64,000 nucleotides of DNA. It comes from Bacteroidia bacterium (GTDB lineage: Bacteria > Bacteroidota > Bacteroidia > B-17B0 > Aurantibacillaceae). The stretch lies in assembly GCA_022841465.1 (NCBI GenBank), contig JALHRL010000003.1, positions 91,571 through 155,570 on the forward strand, read 5' to 3'. This document shows positions 39,930 to 49,180 of this stretch, piece by piece. How positions within the stretch are numbered: the stretch's first letter is position 1; each line of letters opens with the position of its first letter. The translations under genes and the position numbers were made by a program. Under the pieces are notes generated by a model. It was not told where the DNA came from, searched no databases, and saw nothing but the letters and a program-made list of their open reading frames with translations.

Positions 39930-40799
39930 ATGAAAGAAAATAAGAGCTTTTGGTTTCGCATACGGCATAGTTTAAGAAAAGCTTACCGCCTTGTTATCCT
40001 AAATGAGGAGACATTTGGCGAGAAGTTTTCATTGCGCTTATCCCCACTTGGTATTATTATAGCTGTTACTGCAGTTACTATTGTGATGACTACCTTGGTG
40101 ATAAGTCTTGTAGCCTTTACCTCCTTAAGAGAATACATACCGGGTTATGGAAATGTTTACGATAGAAAAGAACTGTTAAAGTTAACATTAAGAGCCGATT
40201 CTATTGAAAACTCAATGGAAGCTAAGGAAGCCTATATTTTGAATTTAATTAATGTTTTTAACGAAAAAATTGAAGAAACACCCGGTAAACCAAAAAAGGA
40301 TACCTTAAAAAATTATAAAAACCTAAACAATCAACCCTCAAAAACAGATATAGAATTTAGAAAAGAAGTGGAGGAAGGAAAAGCAGGAAGCGTTAATATT
40401 GCCTCAACTAATAAACTGAAAGCCTTAAATGAAATTGTTTTTTATAGCCCTGTTAAAGGAATAGTAACTACATCTTACAATATTCTTGAGAATCATTTTG
40501 GAATAGATGTAGTTACAAAAGCCGATGAAACAATTAAATCTCCATTAGACGGAACTGTAGTTTATACAGGATTTTCAGCAGAAGATGGATACATTATTCA
40601 TGTACAGCACAGCAATAATATAATGAGTGTGTTTAAGCACAACTCTCGATTACACAAAAAAACAGGTGAAAGGGTAAAAACCGGCGAAGTAATTAGTACA
40701 GTTGGTAACACTGGAACCAATAGTAAGGGCCAACACATGCATTTTGAATTGTGGTACAACGGCAGTCCGGTTAATCCGCAAGAATTTGTTTCTTTTTAA
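39930..40799 (+). CDS. M23-family (LytM-type) metallopeptidase with N-terminal membrane anchor
   Basis: Start set to MKENKSFWF. One TM. C-terminal motifs HFGIDV, HNSRLHKKTGERVKTGEVISTVGNTG and GQHMHFELWYNGSPVNP. Confidence 0.85.
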   Translation: MKENKSFWFRIRHSLRKAYRLVILNEETFGEKFSLRLSPLGIIIAVTAVTIVMTTLVISLVAFTSLREYIPGYGNVYDRKELLKLTLRADSIENSMEAKEAYILNLINVFNEKIEETPGKPKKDTLKNYKNLNNQPSKTDIEFRKEVEEGKAGSVNIASTNKLKALNEIVFYSPVKGIVTTSYNILENHFGIDVVTKADETIKSPLDGTVVYTGFSAEDGYIIHVQHSNNIMSVFKHNSRLHKKTGERVKTGEVISTVGNTGTNSKGQHMHFELWYNGSPVNPQEFVSF

Positions 40800-42339
40800 A
40801 ATACGCCTGAGTAATAAAAACGGTATTAAAAATTGCGTAAAAACTCAAACCAATTTGAGTTTCAAGTGTGTCTTCAAATAAAAAAGAAATAACAACGCTT
40901 AGAATAAATAACCAATACATTCCATTTAACTCTTTTCGCAAATACCAAATTGGTAAAATTAAAGAGAGCAAGAAAAAATAAATTCCGTGTAATCCGTTGG
41001 ACAATGTAATGGTGATAAATTGATTGTGAGGGCGCTTTTGCCATTCCGGATCTAGAGGAACATTCATTTTTACAAATGCTTCGTCCATTGCTTCCTTAAC
41101 ATCGCCTGTTCCCGTGCCAAAAGGCAAATATTCTTTAATTGCAATTATTGCGGCTTGTAAGTAAAAAAAGCGCATGGTAAAGGAGTGGCCGTTTATGGTT
41201 CCATTGTTTTTGTAATCGTAATATTCGTACATCAACTCATATACCCGACGCTTAAGAGTTGACCAATTTGCATAGTTAACATTTGTTATACCCTTTTTAA
41301 TTAATTCTAATTCATTTGTGCTTAAACTATTTACTGTAAGCGAATCTTTTACTACACCTTTGCTGCTTAAATACCTTAAAAGAGCAAAGTATCTACCAAT
41401 ATTAATCCCATGCTGTAAATTAATGGTATCATTCGTCATTCTTTTATTCCATTCCTTTATAACCTCTTCTTCCTGTACATTTTTACAAACCAAAAAACCA
41501 TTTTCTATTTGTTTTGTAAATTCATTTGGGTTATTTAATCTTCCGGAAGCAGCTTTTTCTTTTTGAACATTTACATTTGCCTGTTTTATCTCAAAACTAT
41601 TTTTATAAAATTGCTTTAAATTACTTTCCAATAAAACATACATTCCGGCAGAAATAATCAAATACAAAAAAAAGTATATTGCCTTTCTTTTAAATAAAAC
41701 ATAGGCTGCAAATAAAAATGAAACAATAATTAAATTTAAAATTCCACTCGTTAAACCAAGATAAAGAAGGGAAAACAAGAAAACAATCACTAAGCTACTA
41801 TAAATATATTTATACCTTTTTGATTTACTATTGTACCATAAATAAGTACAAAATATGATTGCCAAATCAACTAAAAATCCCAAACGAATATGGCTCATAA
41901 AGCGAGATACATCTCTTATTTGCTCTGAGTTATGCATCATTAATTTATAAATGTTACACCAAGCTACATTTAAAAAACTACCTGCAATAAAACAGTTTAA
42001 TATTAAGTTAAACTCCTTTTTTGAAAACGGCTTTGATGTAAAATAAATTAACGGCAAATACATTAATGGAATTTTTGTTCTTACATCATCCCACCCCGAA
42101 TTATAATTTGAAGTATAAATTAAGCCAAATGCATGCGTTAAAAATACACTGCTTAATATCCAGAATAATTTATTTTCTTTTAGCTCTTGCCACTTTATTT
42201 TAAATTTTCCTTCCAGCAACCAATTACCCAACAAAATAAACTGTGGTATACTGGTAGGTACTGTACCTAACATAACACCTAAAAACAAGGCGCATGATCC
42301 AAATAAAAATAAATATCTATGTATTTTTTCTGAAAACAA
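40771..42339 (-). CDS. O-antigen ligase (Wzy_C)-like polytopic membrane protein with a large central soluble insert
   Basis: 522 aa with many TMs. The PHNQFITITLSNGLHGIYFFLL segment resembles the HN-x-y-l...G-x-x-G segment of Wzy_C/O-antigen ligases. Confidence 0.5.
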   Translation of the reverse strand: MFSEKIHRYLFLFGSCALFLGVMLGTVPTSIPQFILLGNWLLEGKFKIKWQELKENKLFWILSSVFLTHAFGLIYTSNYNSGWDDVRTKIPLMYLPLIYFTSKPFSKKEFNLILNCFIAGSFLNVAWCNIYKLMMHNSEQIRDVSRFMSHIRLGFLVDLAIIFCTYLWYNSKSKRYKYIYSSLVIVFLFSLLYLGLTSGILNLIIVSFLFAAYVLFKRKAIYFFLYLIISAGMYVLLESNLKQFYKNSFEIKQANVNVQKEKAASGRLNNPNEFTKQIENGFLVCKNVQEEEVIKEWNKRMTNDTINLQHGINIGRYFALLRYLSSKGVVKDSLTVNSLSTNELELIKKGITNVNYANWSTLKRRVYELMYEYYDYKNNGTINGHSFTMRFFYLQAAIIAIKEYLPFGTGTGDVKEAMDEAFVKMNVPLDPEWQKRPHNQFITITLSNGLHGIYFFLLSLILPIWYLRKELNGMYWLFILSVVISFLFEDTLETQIGLSFYAIFNTVFITQAYFKKKQILAD

Positions 42340-42340
42340 A

Positions 42341-42772
42341 TTAAACTTCTTTTAATTCAGCGGTTAATGAACGAACTCCGTTTTCTAATGGAGTAATACT
42401 AATGCTCACCACTTTTTCCCCTTTTAAAAATGGAATTGCTTTTTCCGGCCATTCTATAAAACAATAATTGGTACTAGCTATATATTCATCAAAACCAATA
42501 TTCAGCAATTCTTCTTCTTTTTCAATTCTGTATAAATCAAAATGAAATATTTTACAGGTGCTTAATGGATACTCATTAACAATAGAAAAAGTTGGACTAC
42601 TAAAATTACCGGTGCTCCCTAGCTGCTTGCAAAACTCTTTAATAAGCGTTGTTTTACCTGCACCCATTGGAGCATCAAATAAATAAATTTTTTGCGATTT
42701 AAATTTATCAAGTAATTGTACAATTACATTTTTGTAATCGGCAACCGAAGAAATTTCCCAATTCCATTTCAT
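42341..42772 (-). CDS. tsaE: tRNA t6A37 threonylcarbamoyltransferase complex ATPase subunit TsaE
   Basis: 143 aa. P-loop APMGAGKTTLIK, SPTFSIVNEY and HFDLYRI motifs. Confidence 0.85.
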   Translation of the reverse strand: MKWNWEISSVADYKNVIVQLLDKFKSQKIYLFDAPMGAGKTTLIKEFCKQLGSTGNFSSPTFSIVNEYPLSTCKIFHFDLYRIEKEEELLNIGFDEYIASTNYCFIEWPEKAIPFLKGEKVVSISITPLENGVRSLTAELKEV

Positions 42773-42778
42773 ATAAAA

Positions 42779-44335
42779 TTACTTAGCCGAAAGTGTTATA
42801 TAAGGAATAATCATTTCTTCTAAACTAACTCCTCCATGCTGAAATGTGTTTTTGTAATAATTTACATAGTAGTTAAAATTATTAGGGTAAGCAAAAAAGC
42901 GCGTTTCTTTTGCAAAAATGTATCGCGAACTTACATTGTTTTTTGGTAAATAAGCGTCTGCAGGGTTTTTAATTTCAAAAACTTCTTTAGGATTATAATC
43001 TAATGCTTTCCCCTGTTTATAACGTAAATTACTGTTTACATTTTTATCTCCTAAAACCTTTGTTGGTTCTTTTACATGAACTGTTCCATGATCGGTTGTG
43101 ATAACAATTTTTACTTTTTTATCAGCTAACTGTTTTATAACATCATGCAAAGGAGAATGCTCAAACCAACTTTTTGTTATACTGCGGTAAGCAGGTTCAT
43201 TATCGGCTAATTCACGAATAACTTCCATATCTGTTCGGGCATGACTAAGCATATCTACAAAATTGTAAACAATAATATTTAATTTATTATTTAGTAAATT
43301 ATTCAAATTTTCGGTTAGCTTTTTACCGGCCGCAAAATTGGTTATCTTGGTATAACTCATTTTTGTATCCTTTCCTAAACGTGTTAATTGCGATCGCATA
43401 AATTCTTCTTCATGCATGTTTTTACCACCTTCATCGTCGTCGTTTAACCATAAGTTTGGAAATCTTTTTTCCATTTCACTTGGCATTAAACCACTGAATA
43501 TAGCGTTACGGGCATATTGCGTAGCGGTTGGCAATATACTGCAGAACAAATCTTCAGATTCCACTTTAAAATAATCTTCAACAATGGGTTGAATTGTTTT
43601 CCATTGATCGTAGCGCAAATTATCAATAACAATTAAGAAAACTTTTTCAGACGAATCTAATTCCTTTACAAATTTATTCTTAATTAAAGTATGGCTCATG
43701 GTTGGGGCATTTGCATCCTTACCGTTTAACCAATTTACATAATGTTTCTCCACAAACTTAAAAAACTGAGTGTTAGCATCCGATTTTTGCATCACCAATA
43801 CATCCAACATGCTTTTATCTTGAACGGTATCCATTTCAATTTCCCAATACACCAATTTTTTATACACCTCCACCCATTCTTTCCAAGTTAAATTCTCATT
43901 TAAAGAGATTCCTATTTGTCCAAATTCTTTTCTATACTCTGTGTTGGTTTTTTCGGAAACCAAACGTTTATTATCCAATGCCTTTTTAAGAGAAAGAAAA
44001 ATTTGATTAGGATTTACCGGCTTTATTAAATAATCTGCAATTTTACCGCCTATGGCATCGTCCATTATATGCTCCTCTTCGCTTTTGGTGATCATTATAA
44101 TTGGCAATGTTGGCTGCATTTGCTTAATCTTCACCAAAGTTTCTAAACCGGTTAAACCCGGCATATTTTCATCCAACAAAACCACATTAACAGATTTGTT
44201 GTCTTTTACAATATCTAAGGCTTCATCGCCACTGCATGCAGTAAGCACCTCGTATCCCTTACCATTTAAAAATAAAATATGCGGTTTCAATAAATCAATT
44301 TCATCATCCGCCCAAAGAATCGTAATTTTGTCCAT
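42779..44335 (-). CDS. porX: Response regulator receiver fused to a PglZ/alkaline-phosphatase-like domain (PorX-like T9SS regulator)
   Basis: 518 aa. CheY-like N-terminus (ILWADDEIDLL...VVLLDENMPGLTGLE...IIMITKSEEE). The C-terminal ~380 aa has PglZ-like motifs (VIDNLRYDQW, SILPTATQYARNAIFSG, TTDHGTV). Confidence 0.75.
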   Translation of the reverse strand: MDKITILWADDEIDLLKPHILFLNGKGYEVLTACSGDEALDIVKDNKSVNVVLLDENMPGLTGLETLVKIKQMQPTLPIIMITKSEEEHIMDDAIGGKIADYLIKPVNPNQIFLSLKKALDNKRLVSEKTNTEYRKEFGQIGISLNENLTWKEWVEVYKKLVYWEIEMDTVQDKSMLDVLVMQKSDANTQFFKFVEKHYVNWLNGKDANAPTMSHTLIKNKFVKELDSSEKVFLIVIDNLRYDQWKTIQPIVEDYFKVESEDLFCSILPTATQYARNAIFSGLMPSEMEKRFPNLWLNDDDEGGKNMHEEEFMRSQLTRLGKDTKMSYTKITNFAAGKKLTENLNNLLNNKLNIIVYNFVDMLSHARTDMEVIRELADNEPAYRSITKSWFEHSPLHDVIKQLADKKVKIVITTDHGTVHVKEPTKVLGDKNVNSNLRYKQGKALDYNPKEVFEIKNPADAYLPKNNVSSRYIFAKETRFFAYPNNFNYYVNYYKNTFQHGGVSLEEMIIPYITLSAK

Positions 44336-44410
44336 ATTAATAGCTATTCATCAAATAACGTATTAAATTTAATTTAATTATCTTATACCCAGATAATTTT
44401 TAAACAGAAA

Positions 44411-45646
44411 ATGACCAAAAACAAACGTAAAATAATAAACGACCCCATTTACGGTTTTGTAACCATACCCGATGATTTAATATACGACTTAATAAATCAC
44501 AAATATTTTCAGCGTTTAAGAAGAATAAAGCAATTAGGCCTTACTAATTTGGTTTATCCGGGAGCGCTGCACACCAGATTTCATCACGCTATTGGAGCCA
44601 TGCATTTAATGCAAGAAGCCTTATTAACGCTAAAACAAAAAGGAATTGCCATTTCGCAGGAAGAAGAACAGGCTGCTTTAATTGCCATTTTACTCCACGA
44701 TATTGGTCATGGCCCTTTTTCACACGCACTTGAACATAGTATTGTTAAAGGAATTACGCACGAAACCATAAGCAGTTTGTTAATGGAGAGGCTAAATAAA
44801 GAGTTTAAAGGAAAACTATCATTAGCCATAAAAATATTTAACGATAAGCATAAAAAGAAATTTTTACATCAATTGGTAAGTTCGCAATTAGACATGGATC
44901 GCCTGGATTATTTAAAACGCGATAGTTTTTTTACCGGTGTTAGCGAAGGGGTTATTAGCAGCGATAGAATTATTAAAATGCTAAATGTTGTTAACAATAA
45001 TTTGGTTGTTGAAGCAAAAGGAATTTACAGTATAGAAAAATTTTTAATTGCCAGAAGATTGATGTATTGGCAAGTTTATTTGCATAAAACGGTATTAAGT
45101 GCAGAAACATTATTGGTAAATATTTTAAGAAGAGCAAAAGAGTTAAGCACCGAAGGAAAAGAATTATTTGCAACCCCTTTATTTAAATTGTTTTTGCAAA
45201 ATGATTTTAAAAAAATAGATTTTGATAAAAACATAGACATTTTAGATTGCTTTGCTCAATTAGATGATACCGATATATCCGCCTCTGTAAAAACATGGGT
45301 TAACAACGATGATAAAATTTTAAGTACCCTTTGTTTAGATTTAATTGACCGAAAATTATTTAGAGTTGAAATACAAAATGCTCCCTTTGCTGTTGCATAC
45401 AAAAACAAATTAATGGAAAAAGTAATGCGCACTTACAAACTTAACAGAAAAGAAGCGGCTTACTTTTTTGTAAGCGATAGTGTAAACAATAGCGCATATT
45501 TAGCAGGCAAATTCAATATTAATATATTAATGAACGATGGCAGTTTAACGGATGTAGCGGAAGCAAGCGACCAACTGAATTTAAAAAACTTAAGCCAAAC
45601 TGTTACAAAATATTTTTTATGTTACCCGAAGGAAATTAATTTGTGA
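44411..45646 (+). CDS. HD-domain dNTP triphosphohydrolase, SAMHD1-like
   Basis: 411 aa. INDPIYGFVTIP...FQRLRRIKQLG...YPGALHTRFHHAIGAMHL and LLHDIGHGPFSH, the SAMHD1/dGTPase-type HD signature. Confidence 0.8.
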   Translation: MTKNKRKIINDPIYGFVTIPDDLIYDLINHKYFQRLRRIKQLGLTNLVYPGALHTRFHHAIGAMHLMQEALLTLKQKGIAISQEEEQAALIAILLHDIGHGPFSHALEHSIVKGITHETISSLLMERLNKEFKGKLSLAIKIFNDKHKKKFLHQLVSSQLDMDRLDYLKRDSFFTGVSEGVISSDRIIKMLNVVNNNLVVEAKGIYSIEKFLIARRLMYWQVYLHKTVLSAETLLVNILRRAKELSTEGKELFATPLFKLFLQNDFKKIDFDKNIDILDCFAQLDDTDISASVKTWVNNDDKILSTLCLDLIDRKLFRVEIQNAPFAVAYKNKLMEKVMRTYKLNRKEAAYFFVSDSVNNSAYLAGKFNINILMNDGSLTDVAEASDQLNLKNLSQTVTKYFLCYPKEINL

Positions 45647-45654
45647 TGCCAAAC

Positions 45655-45690
45655 AAAAAAGCCTGACAATTTAAATTGTCAGGCTTTTTT
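45655..45690. terminator. Bidirectional rho-independent terminator
   Basis: aaaaaa-gcctgacaattt/aaattgtcaggc-tttttt: a perfect 24-nt palindrome flanked by A6 and T6, between convergent stops at 45646 and 45703. Confidence 0.85.
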
Positions 45691-45702
45691 GTTTTATAAA
45701 TA

Positions 45703-46755
45703 TTACTTAAAGTCAATTAACTCTACATCAAAAATTAACCAAGCGTTAGGAGGAATTGCTCCGGGATATCCGTTTTCTCCGTATCCTAAGTGTGGAGGAA
45801 TAATTAATTTTGCTTTTCCGCCCGGTTTTAATAATTGTAATCCTTCTGTCCAGCCCGGTATTACCTGATTTAACGGAAATTCAATTGGTTGGCCACGTTG
45901 AATAGAACTGTCAAATATTTTACCATCTGTAAACTTTCCTTCATAGTGTACTTTTACGGTACTTGTTGCAATTGGATTGTTTCCGGCACCTTCTTTTTCA
46001 ATAACGTACATTAAACCACTCTCTGTTTTTTTTGCTCCTTGAGAAAATTCAGCAATCATTTTTTCGTCAGCCGCTTTTTTTGCCGCCGCCTTTTCAGCCG
46101 CTTTTACTGCAACGTTTCCTTTTTCAAACTCAAACGTTTTTGCAGCATTAAATGCTTCAGCCTCTTTTCCTTTACGTAAAATAACCAATTTATTTACAGC
46201 ATCTCCTTGTTTAATAGAATCAACAACACTTTGTCCGCTTATTACATGCCCAAAAACAGTATGCTTACCATCTAACCAATCTGTTTTAACATGTGTAATA
46301 AAAAACTGACTTCCATTTGTGCCCGGACCGGCATTAGCCATACTTAATATTCCGGGACCGGTATGTTTTAATGTTTCATCAATTTCATCAGGAAATTTAT
46401 ATCCCGGGTCGCCGGTTCCGGTACCAAGTGGACAACCGCCTTGTATCATAAAGTTAGGAATAACACGATGAAATTTTAATCCATCGTAATAAGGTGTTCC
46501 GGCAGGTTTTGCCGTATTTGTAATTGTACCTTCTGCTAAACCAATAAAGTTTGCAACCGTCATGGGTGTTTTTTTGTGTTCTAATACCAGGTAAATATCT
46601 CCTTTAGTAGTTTCGAACTTGGCATAAATTCCTTCAGCCTGTTTGCTTAAAAATTCTTGATCCATTTTACTTAATTTTTGTTTTTGTGATTTTTGTGCAA
46701 AGGCTCCGAAAAACAAAGCACTCATTGCCATTATTAATATTCCTGTCTTTTTCAT
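45703..46755 (-). CDS. Exported dual-family peptidyl-prolyl isomerase: cyclophilin domain fused to an FKBP domain
   Basis: 350 aa with signal peptide. Cyclophilin core [13 protein letters not shown]...[30 protein letters not shown]...[11 protein letters not shown]-terminal FKBP core [18 protein letters not shown]...[29 protein letters not shown]. Confidence 0.85.
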   Translation of the reverse strand: MKKTGILIMAMSALFFGAFAQKSQKQKLSKMDQEFLSKQAEGIYAKFETTKGDIYLVLEHKKTPMTVANFIGLAEGTITNTAKPAGTPYYDGLKFHRVIPNFMIQGGCPLGTGTGDPGYKFPDEIDETLKHTGPGILSMANAGPGTNGSQFFITHVKTDWLDGKHTVFGHVISGQSVVDSIKQGDAVNKLVILRKGKEAEAFNAAKTFEFEKGNVAVKAAEKAAAKKAADEKMIAEFSQGAKKTESGLMYVIEKEGAGNNPIATSTVKVHYEGKFTDGKIFDSSIQRGQPIEFPLNQVIPGWTEGLQLLKPGGKAKLIIPPHLGYGENGYPGAIPPNAWLIFDVELIDFK

Positions 46756-46811
46756 TGGTTTATTTTTGAATTATAATTTCAAATACCTTGCCAAAACAAA
46801 TTTAAATTTTG

Positions 46812-47723
46812 TTAAGGTTGTTTAACAATGTCTATTAATTCTACCTCAAATACCAATGGAGCAAATGGTGGAATTGGTCCTTGACCACGCGCACCATAAC
46901 CAATAACAGAAGGGATAATAAGTTTAGCTTTACCGCCTTTGCTCATTAATTGTAAACCTTCTGTCCAACCCGGAATAACTTGGTTTAACGGAAATTCAAT
47001 TGGTTCGCCTCTATCAACCGAACTGTCAAATTTAGTTCCATCTAGTAAAGTTCCGGTGTAATGCACCTTAACAACATCAGTTGCCAGTGGTTTTGCGCCA
47101 CTTCCTTTTTTTGTTTCAATATAAATTAAACCCGATTCTGTTGGAGCTGTAGTGATTTTATTTTTCACTAAATAGTCGGCTAAATCAGCTTTTTCTTTGG
47201 CTTCCATTTGTTTCATTTGAAGTTCCATTTCTTGCTGTTGCGCTTTTTGGTTTTCCTCCACTTCAGCTTTGGTTTTCACTTCTTTTACGGCAAACACACC
47301 TTTAATATAATCTCCTGATTTAACACCTCCCGGTAATTCATTTAAACGCATTGTTTTTAAGAAAAATGAATCGGCTCTAATAATAAAAGATGCGCTATCA
47401 CCTTCATGCATCATTAACAATCCGTCTTCAAAACAACCTCCTTGAAAAGTTGGACCTTGAATTGCAAAACGCGTATATCCCGAGCCATCTCTGCTTACAT
47501 CTTTAGAAGAAACAATAACAGAATCTTTTGGGTAGGTGCTGATTGTATAACGGAAATAAATTCCTGAACCTTGTTCAATTGCTTTTCCACCTTCATTTCT
47601 ATTGAAAAACTTATAGTGTAAACCGGTTTCTTTAGCCTTTGTGTAGCCATCAAACATCGAATCGCTTCCGCATGAAGCTAATAAGGCTGCGGCACTAATT
47701 GGTAAAAATAATTTTAGTTTCAT
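46812..47723 (-). CDS. FKBP-type peptidyl-prolyl isomerase lipoprotein
   Basis: 303 aa with lipobox LLASCGS. C-terminal FKBP core [60 protein letters not shown]. Confidence 0.85.
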   Translation of the reverse strand: MKLKLFLPISAAALLASCGSDSMFDGYTKAKETGLHYKFFNRNEGGKAIEQGSGIYFRYTISTYPKDSVIVSSKDVSRDGSGYTRFAIQGPTFQGGCFEDGLLMMHEGDSASFIIRADSFFLKTMRLNELPGGVKSGDYIKGVFAVKEVKTKAEVEENQKAQQQEMELQMKQMEAKEKADLADYLVKNKITTAPTESGLIYIETKKGSGAKPLATDVVKVHYTGTLLDGTKFDSSVDRGEPIEFPLNQVIPGWTEGLQLMSKGGKAKLIIPSVIGYGARGQGPIPPFAPLVFEVELIDIVKQP

Positions 47724-47726
47724 TTT

Positions 47727-48614
47727 TTAATTTAAAATATCATTTATAGTTATTTCGTAAAGCAATGGCGTATATGGGGGAATAATATTTCCTATTCCGT
47801 ATGGGCCAAATGCAAGGTACGAAGGTAATATTATTTTGGTATTTTCACCTTTATTTAAAAATTTTATAACATAATTTATTCCTTTTAGCATCTGGTCGGG
47901 GGTGCTTGTATTTACCTGCCAATTAACAGGTGATTCGTCAAATTGTTTACCGTTTAATAAATAGCCTTTATAAGTTAATGATAGTGTTTTATTTTTAAGC
48001 ACATTAAGGTTGTTGTAATTGGGTTTGCCGCCTAACCAACATACATTTAAAGAATCAGTAAAGGCTTCCTGAATTAATTCCTTTTTTAGGTAATTTTCAA
48101 CTAACAAATTTTCGTTTTTAGCCCACAAATTTTCTAAGGAATCAACACCGCTTTCTCTAAAAATTCCCTTCACTTTTAGATACACTTTTACAACCGAATC
48201 ATTAGCAGAAAAGGCCGGAACAGTTTTAGAATAAAATTGCTGCTTAAAAAAATCTTTATTCTTTATTAAAAGGCAAACACTGTCCTCTGCATTGGCACCT
48301 TGCAAAAATTGCTCAATGGTGTTGCCTGATTTATTGGGATTAATTTTTAAATAAAACTTATCGTCAAAATCAACAGTGCTATTCCAAAAAGCAGAATCTG
48401 CTTGTGTTTTATACATAGCGTTAATTAACGCTATATAATTTGTATTATCTTTTTTTACGTTATCGGAAAAAGAAAACAATTGATAATAAAATCCTTTGGG
48501 ATGATAGGTATACTCTTCTAATTCACTTTTATTTTTACATGAATTAAGAATGAATGAAACCATTACAAATAAAAATAGTTTTCCAATCTTCCCCATTTTA
48601 ATCAATTTGAACAT
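47727..48614 (-). CDS. Divergent FKBP-like lipoprotein (probably catalytically degenerate)
   Basis: 295 aa with lipobox ILNSCKN. The C-terminus LTYKGYLLNGKQFDES...MLKGINYVIKFLNKGENTKIILPSYLAFGPYG keeps the FKBP fold pattern but lacks the VIxGW motif. The start could instead be the ATG 18 nt downstream of the ORF-track start (at 48596-48594). Confidence 0.6.
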   Translation of the reverse strand: MFKLIKMGKIGKLFLFVMVSFILNSCKNKSELEEYTYHPKGFYYQLFSFSDNVKKDNTNYIALINAMYKTQADSAFWNSTVDFDDKFYLKINPNKSGNTIEQFLQGANAEDSVCLLIKNKDFFKQQFYSKTVPAFSANDSVVKVYLKVKGIFRESGVDSLENLWAKNENLLVENYLKKELIQEAFTDSLNVCWLGGKPNYNNLNVLKNKTLSLTYKGYLLNGKQFDESPVNWQVNTSTPDQMLKGINYVIKFLNKGENTKIILPSYLAFGPYGIGNIIPPYTPLLYEITINDILN

Positions 48615-49134
48615 CGTAAACTATGGGCATTTGTGGTGGTATTTTTTTAAAATCTCCCAACAAACCATGCGCTAAATGCGATGGAATAAGCAAAACGGCT
48701 TTATCACCCTTTTTTAAATATTGTACGCCTTTATGAATACCACTTTCTATATTTTCTTGACCAACAATAAATGTTTTTTTACCGGATTCTGAAGAATTGT
48801 ATACTTCTGTACCGTTTAATAAAGACACCTTAAAGGCCATGGTAATTTCCATTCCATCTTTAATGCTATCGCCTTTTGCTGACGGATTGTAAACAAAATA
48901 ACGAATACCACTGGATGTAGCTGTAAACTGCATTTGGTGTGATTTGGCATAATAATCCATTTCATCACTTTCTTTTTGTATAATTTGTTTATTTGCCTGA
49001 ATAAACTGTTGCTTTAGTTTTTCTTTGTTAATTTCAGGCTTAGGATTTTCTATAGGCTTTTCAGGGCTGCAAGCATATAGCAAACCAATAGTTAACAGTT
49101 GAAAAAAAACGAGTTTTATACTTTGAAAGGACAT
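48598..49134 (-). CDS. Small FKBP-type lipoprotein, GldI-like candidate (gliding/T9SS-associated PPIase)
   Basis: 178 aa with lipobox LLYACS. FKBP-like core MAFKVSLLNGTEVYNSS...IESGIHKGVQYLKKGDKAVLLIPSHLAHG. The size, lipoprotein nature and divergence are as described for Flavobacterium GldI. Orthology not verified. Confidence 0.6.
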   Translation of the reverse strand: MSFQSIKLVFFQLLTIGLLYACSPEKPIENPKPEINKEKLKQQFIQANKQIIQKESDEMDYYAKSHQMQFTATSSGIRYFVYNPSAKGDSIKDGMEITMAFKVSLLNGTEVYNSSESGKKTFIVGQENIESGIHKGVQYLKKGDKAVLLIPSHLAHGLLGDFKKIPPQMPIVYDVQID

Positions 49135-49180
49135 AATAACAAATGTAAGAATTTGTACAAAAACCTTTACATTTACTAAT

